Source of the DNA: a virus
Taxonomy: Duplodnaviria; Caudoviricetes
Virus record (IMG/VR): IMGVR_UViG_3300006999_000001
Span: 1-51,168 of that record
Reading direction: 5' to 3' (one strand)
DNA: 51,168 bases
The notes below the pieces were generated by a model. That model did not search any database. It saw only the letters and a list, made by a program, of their open reading frames with translations, and was not told where the DNA came from. A program made the translations under genes and the position numbers. This document shows, piece after piece, positions 1 through 8,418 of the stretch. Every line of letters starts with the position of its first letter. Positions within the stretch are counted from its first letter, which is position 1.

Positions 1-99
1 GACGGGTCGTCCCTCGTGTTTAAGCGTGAGAACCAGAACGACCCGCGGGCGATGGAAGGGCAGATTCTCTCCCAGGATATGCTCAACTACGCCTCCCCG
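1..99. repeat. Terminal direct repeat, left copy (99 bp)
   Basis: 1-99 is identical to 51070-51168, and the terminase reading frame runs through the join; most likely an assembly overlap of a circular contig. Confidence 0.95.
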
Positions 100-708
100 G
101 GTGAGGTCCCTGACGAGGGGCTCCGGTTCATCGCCGGCGTCGACGTCGCGGTTGAGGACGACGCCGAAAAGGCGGCCCGCGGGGACTCCGACTGGTGGGC
201 CGTCTCCGTGATCGCCGACCACCCGACCTCCGGGGTCAGCTACCTCGTGGAGCTCGAGCGCAAGCGGGGGATCAGTATGAAGCGGGCCCTCGGCTGGATC
301 AGGACCGTCCTCAACGGCGTCGAACGGACCTGGGGGGAGCCGGTCTCCCGGGTGATCGTTGAGAGTAACCAAGCGCAGCGGTGGCTCGTCCAGGAGGCCC
401 GCGAAGAGGACATCCGGTTCCACCGGAGCTCATCGTCCGGGTCGAAGGAGGAGCGGATTATCTCGATGAGCTCCCGGTTCGAGGCCGGCCGGGTGAAGAT
501 CGTGGACCGCTCCCTCGAGGGCGAGACCGAGCAGAAGGCTGCCCGGGAACGCGCCTCGCAGAAGTGGCAGTCCTTCGCGGATGAGTGGGTGAGCTTCCCG
601 ACCGGGGCTCACGACGACCGGCTGGACTCCGTCGAGATCGCGCTCCGCGGGGTCAGCGGTGAGGAGGTACAGGAGTCCGAGTTCGATATGAGCGACCTGC
701 CGACGTGA
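1..708 (+). CDS. terL: Terminase large subunit, C-terminal nuclease part (continues from 50161)
   Basis: RNase H-like motifs GVDVA, IVESN and FPTGAHDDRLDS; in frame with the ATPase half across the join. Confidence 0.92.
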   Translation, partial: DGSSLVFKRENQNDPRAMEGQILSQDMLNYASPGEVPDEGLRFIAGVDVAVEDDAEKAARGDSDWWAVSVIADHPTSGVSYLVELERKRGISMKRALGWIRTVLNGVERTWGEPVSRVIVESNQAQRWLVQEAREEDIRFHRSSSSGSKEERIISMSSRFEAGRVKIVDRSLEGETEQKAARERASQKWQSFADEWVSFPTGAHDDRLDSVEIALRGVSGEEVQESEFDMSDLPT

Positions 709-715
709 CACAACT

Positions 716-1324
716 ATGACTCAAGAGACACCAGAACGCGAGCCCGACGAGGTACTGTTTAGGTGGACCAAACATCCCGACGCCTACCCGGAGCTATCCC
801 ACTGCCCGAGCTGCGGGGAGCCGGTGACCGTCCCGTGGTACGACCCGTTCGCGGGGAAGCCCGCGGACCCGGTGAGGTGTGAGCAGTGCGAGCGGGACCT
901 CCGGCTTCCGACGTACGCCGTGAAGGACCAGCTGTGCATCCTCTGTAAGATACCGCAGGCCGACGCCGACGAGGGGGTCGCCTACCGCCGGCTCGAGACC
1001 GGGGAGCGTATCTGCTCAAACTGCACCGGTGACCTTCGGGCGTTCAAGTACGAGCTCGCGGCTCAACACTTCGTCGCGGAGTACATCTCCGACGATCACC
1101 GGCAGGCCATAATCGCGGCCCTCTCCCGGGTGGCCGATGAGTACGAGGGCGAGTACACGTTCACCTTCAACGCGAACGCGAAGTACGGCCGGATGGAGCC
1201 CGACCCCGACGAGGACCTCACCGTCCAGGACCTGATCGAGGGCGAGGCCGACCCCGAGGACCTCCCGGATGAGGTCCGTCAGGACGTCACCACCGAGACC
1301 GAGGAGGCCGGCGATGAGGAGTAG
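716..1324 (+). CDS. Multi-CxxC zinc-finger protein
   Basis: Four CxxC pairs (CPSC, CEQC, CILC, CSNC); acidic composition. Confidence 0.75.
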   Translation: MTQETPEREPDEVLFRWTKHPDAYPELSHCPSCGEPVTVPWYDPFAGKPADPVRCEQCERDLRLPTYAVKDQLCILCKIPQADADEGVAYRRLETGERICSNCTGDLRAFKYELAAQHFVAEYISDDHRQAIIAALSRVADEYEGEYTFTFNANAKYGRMEPDPDEDLTVQDLIEGEADPEDLPDEVRQDVTTETEEAGDEE

Positions 1325-1369
1325 CGTCGGCCTTCCGAACGGTCAGGTATGCGTACAAAAAACTCGGGT

Positions 1370-1570
1370 ATGGGAGCTGGTTCTGACCCGCCCGACGGTG
1401 AGGACGTGGTCCGGGATGAGGGGTACTCCGTCGACACCGAGGAGGGCCCGAAGTACGTTATCTTCGACCCGGAGAACCCGCTCGCCTGGATCATATCTGA
1501 CTGGTTCGGGACCCCGCCGGACGCCGATGAGGATGAGGACGCCGTCGACGGCGAGGGGCCGGCGGAGTGA
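1370..1570 (+). CDS. Small acidic protein (haloarchaeal-type 'ENPLAWI' microprotein)
   Basis: ATG at 1370 follows a variant of the late motif; the alternative start is 1349. Confidence 0.6.
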   Translation: MGAGSDPPDGEDVVRDEGYSVDTEEGPKYVIFDPENPLAWIISDWFGTPPDADEDEDAVDGEGPAE

Positions 1571-1577
1571 CCCGGCC

Positions 1578-1592
1578 GGGTATGGGTACAAA
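1578..1592 (+). promoter_or_regulatory. GGGTATGGGTACAAA motif before the portal gene
   Basis: Exact 15-mer with 5 intergenic copies, all before structural genes. Confidence 0.75.
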
Positions 1593-1615
1593 GTTACGCA
1601 CAACGCCTGCCACCT

Positions 1616-4033
1616 ATGAGCTCCGAACCTGAAAGTCCGGTACAGCGGCTCGGGACCGACGCCGACGGTCGGTCGGTCCTGCTCGCGCCGTACAACGAGA
1701 ACCTGGCATCGCAAGCGGTCGGGAAGAGCCTGGCCGATCAGACCGACACCGACCCGGAGACCACGACGCCGGACCCCACCAGCGATGAGGGGAAGGACAA
1801 GCGGGAGGGTGGCCCCATCCGGCGGTTCAACGACGTGTTCACCGACCTGGGGTCAGTCCAGCTCGAGGCCCTGGCCCTGGACGGATACGAGATCGCCCGG
1901 GCGACCGCGAAGTACCGGGACGAGCTTTTCCGTAACGAGTTCCCGCTCCTGGAGCCCCGGTTCGCGGTGAAGTGTGAGACCTGCGGGGCCGAGTACAGCG
2001 AGGAGGTGGAGGCCTGCCTCGAGTGTACGCGGAAGTACCTCATCCAGGAGGGCATCGATGAGAACCCCCCGCGGGACCTGGACGAGATCGACCCGGATCA
2101 CTACCAGGGTCAGACCCGCGGGCCCGACCCGCAGCAGAAGCGGGAGGCCGAGCAGCTCTTCGAGTCGGTGAACAAGGAGGGGCAGTCTCTCCGTGCCCTG
2201 TACAAGCACTGCGAGGACGATCACGCCCGGCTCGGTATCGGGATGCACATCGTCAGGTGGAACTACGCCATCGCCAAGGGCGACTCCTCGGTGTTCGACC
2301 GGGGCGAGATTATCTACCAGGACGTTGAGGAGCTCGTCCGGGCTGACCCAAAGCGGGTGGTCCCGGTGGTCGATGAGAACGGCCGCATCGGGAACTTCTG
2401 GTGGGCCTGCCCGGTTCACCGCCCGCCGAACCCCGAGGCGGTCGTCAGCCAGGAGCCCGGCCGGTGTGGTGAGTGCGGGGCCGAGCTCCAGGAGGTGTAC
2501 TACATCGAAAAGCAGAACGGCTCATCGGCGACCCGGGACCCGGAGAAGTACTACTTCGATCACGAGGTGGTCGACTGGGCCTTCTGGTTCCCGCGCCTCA
2601 ACGGGAAGGACGGCCTCTCGCCGGCTCACCACGTCTGGCTCAAACAGTCCATCCTCCACTGGATGGACGTGTACGGCTCGGCCTTCTACGACCCCTCGAG
2701 CGACCGCTACCCGAACAAGTTTATGGTAGTTCATACCACGAACCCGGACACCTGGGAGCGGAACTTCAAGAAGGCCGAAGAGGACTCGAAGGAGAACCCG
2801 TACAGCCAGCAGATTATGATGAACGAGTACAGCTCGGAAAGTCAGTCGACACCGGAGGTCCAGGTGATCGACCTGATGAACGACGAGCTGCTCGGGCAGG
2901 ATGAGCAGCTGAAAAAGCAGTTCAAGAGCGACATCCGTCAGGCCTGGGACGTTACTGACGTGTTCGACTCGGAGCTCGAGGAAGCCGGCGGGCTCAACAA
3001 CGAGGGGCTGCAGCTCGAGGTGACCGACCGGGGTATCGCCACCCGTCAGCACGACCTGGCGAGCGGGCCCCTGGATGAGCTCACCAAGCTCCTCGGGGTG
3101 ACCGACTACCGGATCACGTTCATCCCGGCCCAGGACGCCTCGGCCGAGGACCAGCAGGCCAAGGTCGACCTGGGTCAGTCCGCGGCCGACGCCGGGCTCG
3201 AAGCCCGGTGGGAGGACGGTGAGGTCGATATCTCCGACGGCGAGTTCGAGGAGAGTTCTGACGACGGCGGGGGCGGCTTCTTCTCGGAGGACGGCGACCG
3301 CGATGAGGCCGGGGGTGATCCGGAGGACCTGCTCGGGGATTTTAGCGAGGGCGAGCTGGCGGACCTCTCCACCAAGCTCGCCGAAGGTCACGAGCATATG
3401 GTGTGGGCCGAGGCCGATCAGAAGGCCGACCCGTTTTGGGAGGACGACGACGTCGTCCCTGACTTCGTGAAGGAGGCCCTCAACCGGGTACTGGATGAGT
3501 TCGACGTTATCTACGACCAGATCGAGGACCTCGGCCCGGGTGACATCGACCAGCTGAAGGAGCTCTTTCGTGAGAACCTGACGCAGCCCGAGGGGTGGTC
3601 TCTCAAGAGCATCCGGGACGACATCCAGGACGCCTTCGACGTCAGCTACGAGAAGGCCGAGACCTGGGCCCGGACCGAGTCCTCGCGGGTGCTCAACAAA
3701 ACCCGGGAGGAAGCGTACAAGGCGCAGACCGATGAGGAGGGAGCGGGCGACAAGGTGTTCAAGTGGACCGGGCCGGGGACCCCCGACGACGGTCACACCA
3801 CCGACGCCTGCGTGTGGATGAAAGAGCAGACCGACCCGGCCTACGGGGGCGAGCCGGTCACCCTCGAGGAGCTCCATCAGCTGGCCCGGGAGGCCGCCGA
3901 CCGGTTCTTCCCGGAGCTCAAGTACAGCGACGACTGGGTGCTTCACCCTCACGAGCGCCACACCTTCGTGGAGTCCTTCAAGGCCGACTTCGGGGCCGAG
4001 CCGTTCCCGGGGACCTTCCAGGAGGCAGCCTGA
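1616..4033 (+). CDS. Portal protein with Zn-binding inserts, fused to a C-terminal MuF (SPP1 gp7-like) domain
   Basis: Follows terL; portal-like GLSP segment; MuF-like ARTESSRVLN...KW...DDGHTTDAC...HPHERH at the C-terminus. Confidence 0.8.
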   Translation: MSSEPESPVQRLGTDADGRSVLLAPYNENLASQAVGKSLADQTDTDPETTTPDPTSDEGKDKREGGPIRRFNDVFTDLGSVQLEALALDGYEIARATAKYRDELFRNEFPLLEPRFAVKCETCGAEYSEEVEACLECTRKYLIQEGIDENPPRDLDEIDPDHYQGQTRGPDPQQKREAEQLFESVNKEGQSLRALYKHCEDDHARLGIGMHIVRWNYAIAKGDSSVFDRGEIIYQDVEELVRADPKRVVPVVDENGRIGNFWWACPVHRPPNPEAVVSQEPGRCGECGAELQEVYYIEKQNGSSATRDPEKYYFDHEVVDWAFWFPRLNGKDGLSPAHHVWLKQSILHWMDVYGSAFYDPSSDRYPNKFMVVHTTNPDTWERNFKKAEEDSKENPYSQQIMMNEYSSESQSTPEVQVIDLMNDELLGQDEQLKKQFKSDIRQAWDVTDVFDSELEEAGGLNNEGLQLEVTDRGIATRQHDLASGPLDELTKLLGVTDYRITFIPAQDASAEDQQAKVDLGQSAADAGLEARWEDGEVDISDGEFEESSDDGGGGFFSEDGDRDEAGGDPEDLLGDFSEGELADLSTKLAEGHEHMVWAEADQKADPFWEDDDVVPDFVKEALNRVLDEFDVIYDQIEDLGPGDIDQLKELFRENLTQPEGWSLKSIRDDIQDAFDVSYEKAETWARTESSRVLNKTREEAYKAQTDEEGAGDKVFKWTGPGTPDDGHTTDACVWMKEQTDPAYGGEPVTLEELHQLAREAADRFFPELKYSDDWVLHPHERHTFVESFKADFGAEPFPGTFQEAA

Positions 4034-4036
4034 CCT

Positions 4037-6100
4037 ATGACAGTAAGCGAGACCTTTTCGGACTGGTACGACCGGATGAAGAGTGCGATCAGCGAGACCG
4101 TCGGGCCGGGTCAGCAAACGGGCGAGCAGCTCAAGAGTTGCGTCCGGCAGGTGATGGCCCAGGGTCACGACCGCGAGGCGGCCTACGCCATCGCCAACGA
4201 GACCCTCAAGGCCGACCTCGAGAAGAGCGAGCGGGATGAGCTCCTGGAGACCGCCCGGGAGATGAGTAAGTACGACGCGCAGGTCCCCCTGACGTACGGG
4301 AACCTCGTGGAGTACGCCGGCGTCGACGTCAAGGGTGAGGATGAGCTCGAGCTCCCGAAGTCGTGCCGTCGGTGTAACACCGAGACCCGGGTGAAGGGCT
4401 CGTTTATGTGCCCTGACTGCGACCCCGCGGTCAACCCCGAGAAGGACGAGTACGAGCTGGTCGGCTCCGGGGTACAGGAAGCGAAGGGTGAAAGTGAAGA
4501 GGAGACCGAGAAGGCCGAGGAGGGGGCCGCGACCGCTTCGCGGAAGGTGTACCTCACGCCGTCGACGGCGGATGAGGCCCCGGGCGATGCCCAGGTGAAG
4601 AGTGACGACCGCGGGCTGTACTACGAGGAGTCCGTCGACGGCGTCGATCAGAAGGCAGACCCGATGGCCAACGGTCACGACCTGGACCCGGCGACCGGTG
4701 AGGGGACCTGCAAGTCGACCGGGGAGACGATCACCGCCGAGACGATGCAGGACCTCACCGAGGACTGCCCTCACTGCGGGGAGGCCCTCTCCGTGATCGA
4801 CGCGAAGGCCGACACCGAAGAGGGCGAGACCGGGGCCGACCTCTTCCTGGTCCGGCCGGGTGAGGGTGAGGGCGATCAGTACAACGCGGACGTCCTGGGG
4901 GTCGGCGTCGACTTCCCGGAGTCCGGGGTGTACATCGACTGGTATCTCGAGGCGTTCCCGGACCCGCTCGATGAGGGTCACGTCTCCGAGTACGGCTCCC
5001 TCGAGGACTTCACCAAGGCCAGCGGGAACCAGGTGGAGCTCGTTGAGACCGTCCGGGTCCCGGTCGCGCAGAAGCTGGCCGAGAAGGCCGTCCCGGACAA
5101 CGCCGTCCCCATCGACTCGCGGGGCGAGGCTCCTGACGGGGCCAAGGTGATCGAGGGCGACCGGGGCGGGCTGTACTACGTCCCGGAAGGTGACGAGGGC
5201 GGGGGTGACGATCAGGACTTCTCGGACGTCGACGTCGATGAGGACGGCGAGGAGTTCTTCATCTACGAGGACCTCCTCTCTCGGGACGTAACGCTGCCGG
5301 GAACGGAAGAAGAGGCCGGTGGAGCCGGCGAAGGTGACGGCGACCCCGGGGGTGGAGACGGGGAGGAGGCCGGTCCAGAATTCCAGGAAGGCCAGGAGAT
5401 CGAGAGCCCGGACGGTGAGCCCGCAACGGTGGCCGCCTACGACGAGGAGACCGACGTGGTTCTGTACGAGACCGAGTCGGGAGAGGAGCTGATGGCCCCC
5501 GGCGACAGCTTCCGGGAGACCGAGGAGCCCGAGGTGAGCGAACGGGAGGAGCGCCTCTCCGAGCTCACGGGCATCCGGAACGTGAACGTGGACGACCTCT
5601 CGGATGAGCAGGTCGACGCGTTCGAGACGGCCTGGGAGGACTTCGATGAGGCGGTCGGCGTTCCCGATCAGGCCGTGTTCAACCTGACCACCGAGCCCCC
5701 GGACGACGTCGGGATGGGGGCCGGGGCGAGTTACACCCTCTCCTCGAGGCGGCTGTACCTCAACCCGGACGGCCTGGACCCCGAGTCCAAGAAGGAGGAC
5801 TTCGAGGAGGGGTACATCGCTACCGAGACGGTGGAGGGGTCGATGTTCCACGAGCTGGCTCACGCCAAGCACTTCTCCGACGCCCTCGGCGGGGACGGCC
5901 CCGGGATGAGCGAGCTCCGGGAGGCCGAGCTCACCGATGAGCAGAAGGAGATCGCGGAGGAGGAGGTGAGCTGGTACGCGAGCACCTCACCGACCGAGTT
6001 GGTCGTGGAGGTGAGCTCCGGGCTGTACGAGGGTCAGGAGTACAGCGATGAGGTGCTCGAGATGTACGAGGAACTTGGCGGTCACGAGGTGAACGCATAA
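4037..6100 (+). CDS. Modular acidic head-associated protein with a C-terminal zincin-like metallopeptidase
   Basis: HELAH motif plus WYASTSPTE; two Zn ribbons; GDRGGLYY motif; lies next to MuF. Confidence 0.7.
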   Translation: MTVSETFSDWYDRMKSAISETVGPGQQTGEQLKSCVRQVMAQGHDREAAYAIANETLKADLEKSERDELLETAREMSKYDAQVPLTYGNLVEYAGVDVKGEDELELPKSCRRCNTETRVKGSFMCPDCDPAVNPEKDEYELVGSGVQEAKGESEEETEKAEEGAATASRKVYLTPSTADEAPGDAQVKSDDRGLYYEESVDGVDQKADPMANGHDLDPATGEGTCKSTGETITAETMQDLTEDCPHCGEALSVIDAKADTEEGETGADLFLVRPGEGEGDQYNADVLGVGVDFPESGVYIDWYLEAFPDPLDEGHVSEYGSLEDFTKASGNQVELVETVRVPVAQKLAEKAVPDNAVPIDSRGEAPDGAKVIEGDRGGLYYVPEGDEGGGDDQDFSDVDVDEDGEEFFIYEDLLSRDVTLPGTEEEAGGAGEGDGDPGGGDGEEAGPEFQEGQEIESPDGEPATVAAYDEETDVVLYETESGEELMAPGDSFRETEEPEVSEREERLSELTGIRNVNVDDLSDEQVDAFETAWEDFDEAVGVPDQAVFNLTTEPPDDVGMGAGASYTLSSRRLYLNPDGLDPESKKEDFEEGYIATETVEGSMFHELAHAKHFSDALGGDGPGMSELREAELTDEQKEIAEEEVSWYASTSPTELVVEVSSGLYEGQEYSDEVLEMYEELGGHEVNA
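5082..5186 (+). repeat. 105-nt coding repeat, copy 1 (KAVPDNAV..EGDRGGLYYVP)
   Basis: Highly similar to 6236-6340; the last 42 nt are identical. Confidence 0.9.
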
Positions 6101-6921
6101 TGGTAGATATGGACCGCGTTGATGAGCTTCCGACGGAGTACAGGGTCGCAGCGAAGAACACCGTAACGTCGGTCGACCGGGTCCGGCTGGCGGGCAAGAA
6201 CATCCAGGAGGCCGCGGGTGAGGGTGAGGCCGAGCAGAAGGCCGTCCCCGACAACGCGGTGAACATCGACTCCCGGGATGAGGCCCCGGAGGACGCCGAG
6301 GTGATCGAGGGCGACCGGGGCGGGCTGTACTACGTCCCGGCCGACGGCGAAGAGGGCGAGGACGATGAGGGCGGTGAGGTGACGACCGAGGAGGTCGGGG
6401 AGACCGCGGCCGCGGTCACCGAGGAGTTTATGGAGAAGGATATGGCCCCGAAGCCGGAGACGCCGGCGGACCTCAACAACGGCTTCTGCAACGCGGTCGC
6501 CGAGGCTATCTTCGAAGAGGCCGGCGGGCCCGAGGGGATGGAGATTCGTGAGGCCCACACGATGGGGGGCCGCCACCAGTGGGTCTCTTACGAGGGTCAG
6601 CACTTCGACGCCGAAGCGACCGAGGGCGTCGACAGTTACGAGGACCTCCCGGTGTGGGACCGGTTCGGGTCTCCGGGTGACGCCGAGGTCGTGAAGGAGG
6701 GCGGTGACGATCAGGAGGAAGAGACCGTGGAGGTCGCCGGCGAAGAGGTGGCCGTCGGTCAGGACGTCACCGTGAGCATCGAGGGCTCCGGGAGCGTCAG
6801 CGGGACGGTGGACGATATCGTGGACGTGAACGGGACCCCCTGGCTGATGGTGGAGGGGGAAGATTCGGGCCGGATCAACCAGTACTCCTCCGAGGACATC
6901 GAGTCCGTCGACGCGGAGTGA
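6100..6921 (+). CDS. Modular head-associated protein with a putative papain/transglutaminase-like Cys-His-Asp domain
   Basis: NNGFCNAVA...HQWVSYEGQHFDAE; shares the GDRGGLYY module with the upstream gene. Confidence 0.65.
   Translation: MVDMDRVDELPTEYRVAAKNTVTSVDRVRLAGKNIQEAAGEGEAEQKAVPDNAVNIDSRDEAPEDAEVIEGDRGGLYYVPADGEEGEDDEGGEVTTEEVGETAAAVTEEFMEKDMAPKPETPADLNNGFCNAVAEAIFEEAGGPEGMEIREAHTMGGRHQWVSYEGQHFDAEATEGVDSYEDLPVWDRFGSPGDAEVVKEGGDDQEEETVEVAGEEVAVGQDVTVSIEGSGSVSGTVDDIVDVNGTPWLMVEGEDSGRINQYSSEDIESVDAE
6236..6340 (+). repeat. 105-nt coding repeat, copy 2
   Basis: Matches 5082-5186. Confidence 0.9.
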
Positions 6922-6931
6922 GGTGCTGGCC

Positions 6932-7038
6932 CTGACCGGTCAGCTGCGGAGACTTACTTCACGGGTACACTCTCGCCGATTACTATACTTATCTGCTTAT
7001 CTGACACTATGGTAAACCGTCCGACCTGACCGGTCAGG
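6932..7038. repeat. Pair of CTGACCGGTCAG palindromes flanking an AT-rich spacer
   Basis: Copies at 6932-6943 and 7026-7037, 94 bp apart, between convergent genes. Confidence 0.7.
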
Positions 7039-7092
7039 GGGACGGGCTCACCGCGACATATCAACCGTATGCTGCTATAAAGAGTCGGCGGG

Positions 7093-7209
7093 TCAGTCCT
7101 CGAGCGGGTCGTACCCGCAGTCCGGACAGCGGTGACCGGTCTCATCGAGCTCCTCGCCGGTGGGCTGATACCCACACTCCGGGCAGGAGCTCGGCTGGTC
7201 CTGGCTCAT
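7093..7209 (-). CDS. 38-aa double CPxCG zinc-finger microprotein (not in ORF track)
   Basis: MSQDQPSSCPECGYQPTGEELDETGHRCPDCGYDPLED; overlaps the stop of the upstream gene. Confidence 0.75.
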   Translation of the reverse strand: MSQDQPSSCPECGYQPTGEELDETGHRCPDCGYDPLED

Positions 7210-7550
7210 CGGCTGACGGTCTCCTTCACCTCACCGCAGCCCTCGCAGCGGTTCTCCCACTCGGCGGGGCCGACCTGCACCTGGTTGATCGCGGTCCCGC
7301 AGTCGTCGCAGAACCCGTCAAGTTGAGCTCGCTCGTCAGCGGTCAGGTCGTCAGGGTCCCAGTCCACTACGAGGCCGTCCTCCCACATCGCCTGCAGGAC
7401 GACCGGGGTGTACTTCCGGCCGTCACCGTACGGCTCCAGCCCGACGCCCTCGCGGGCCGGGCGGAAGTCATAGGGGCGGGAGTTCCCGTAGCGGTCGATG
7501 GTCGTTGCGCGAACGAAGCCCATTGAGAGTCGGTCGATTTGAGTTGCCAT
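7206..7550 (-). CDS. Hypothetical protein with a C-terminal Zn ribbon
   Basis: Starts at the repeat leader GAGGTAACAGGCTATG; CDDC and CEGC. Confidence 0.8.
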   Translation of the reverse strand: MATQIDRLSMGFVRATTIDRYGNSRPYDFRPAREGVGLEPYGDGRKYTPVVLQAMWEDGLVVDWDPDDLTADERAQLDGFCDDCGTAINQVQVGPAEWENRCEGCGEVKETVSR

Positions 7551-7622
7551 AGCCTGTTACCTCCGTGTACACTTCAACGATGGACAGCCGTCACCTTAAC
7601 CGTTGTCCTTCGTGAACAACCG
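7548..7622 (-). promoter_or_regulatory. Repeat promoter/leader P1
   Basis: CACGAAGGACAACGGTTAAG...GAGGTAACAGGCTATG on the minus strand. Confidence 0.85.
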
Positions 7623-7643
7623 CAAAAAGAGCCGCCGGGTCAG

Positions 7644-7823
7644 CTACCGCCGGTCGCCTATCGCCCGCAGGTTGTTCTCCCGGGTCCCGAGGATGCTCAT
7701 ACACTCCGGGCAGTGGGCTACCTGGACGCGCTTCCCGTCCTCCTGACCGAAGCCGTACTCCGGCATCGACGGCCCGTCCGAGTCGGGCCCGCTGGTCCAG
7801 CCGCAGTCGCACTCGTAGCTCAT
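7644..7823 (-). CDS. 59-aa zinc-finger microprotein (not in ORF track)
   Basis: MSYECDCG...HCPECM; coupled to the upstream stop; followed by a T-run terminator. Confidence 0.7.
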   Translation of the reverse strand: MSYECDCGWTSGPDSDGPSMPEYGFGQEDGKRVQVAHCPECMSILGTRENNLRAIGDRR

Positions 7824-8281
7824 CCGAGAATCACCTCAACCTTCTGCGCCTCGCTCCCGTTCCATTCGGCCTCGAGGCCGGCTTCGTGAGCGGCCCCCAT
7901 AATGAGGCCCGCGACTTCCGCGGAGGTCGCCTCCCCGCGGCCGCCGAAGCCGACGTGGATGCTGTCGACGTCGTAGGTAGCGAAGTCCTCCTCGCCCGGG
8001 AGGCTCCCGTAATTCTCGTTGAGGTCCTGCTCGTGGTAGTACGCGGCCCCCTTCACGTCGTGACCCTCATCCTCCAGCTTGTGGCAGTGGTTGTCGGCCG
8101 AGGCTGACGCGCAGCCGGTACAGCAGACCCGGCCCTCGATGGTCACTACGTTGTGCTCGCGGAGGGTCTGGAACATCTCCCGGAGCTCCTCCGGGCCCTC
8201 GTCCTCGATCACGAGGTCGTTGTATTCGGGGTCGCAGCTGTACTTCGCGGTCGTCTCGTCGGTGGTGTCGGTTTCGGTCAT
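7820..8281 (-). CDS. Hypothetical protein (DUF6891-like)
   Basis: CCTGC...YYHEQD...GLEAEWNG pattern; starts at the repeat leader. Confidence 0.7.
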   Translation of the reverse strand: MTETDTTDETTAKYSCDPEYNDLVIEDEGPEELREMFQTLREHNVVTIEGRVCCTGCASASADNHCHKLEDEGHDVKGAAYYHEQDLNENYGSLPGEEDFATYDVDSIHVGFGGRGEATSAEVAGLIMGAAHEAGLEAEWNGSEAQKVEVILG

Positions 8282-8348
8282 AGCCTGTTACCCTCTATCC
8301 TCAACAACGACGGGTGACCCCTTAACCGTTGTCCTTCGTGTTTAACCG
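8279..8348 (-). promoter_or_regulatory. Repeat promoter/leader P2
   Basis: GGTTAAACACGAAGGACAACGGTTAAG...GGTAACAGGCTATG. Confidence 0.85.
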
Positions 8349-8392
8349 GATTCCGTGAGGGGTTTTACCAGACCAGTCAGGGGGGTGTGGCA

Positions 8393-8407
8393 GGGTATGG
8401 GTACAAA
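8393..8407 (+). promoter_or_regulatory. GGGTATGGGTACAAA motif before the protease gene
   Basis: Exact 15-mer, 11 nt before the ATG. Confidence 0.75.
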
Positions 8408-8418
8408 CGTATGAACCG

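Noticed and set aside
2522-5872. 1116-aa minus-strand ORF (also 9954-12029, 8488-9390, 13212-14165, 17656-18606 and similar)
   Set aside because: These are antisense shadows of GC-rich acidic genes. They have Leu/Val/Arg-rich non-halophilic composition and overlap well-supported + strand genes.
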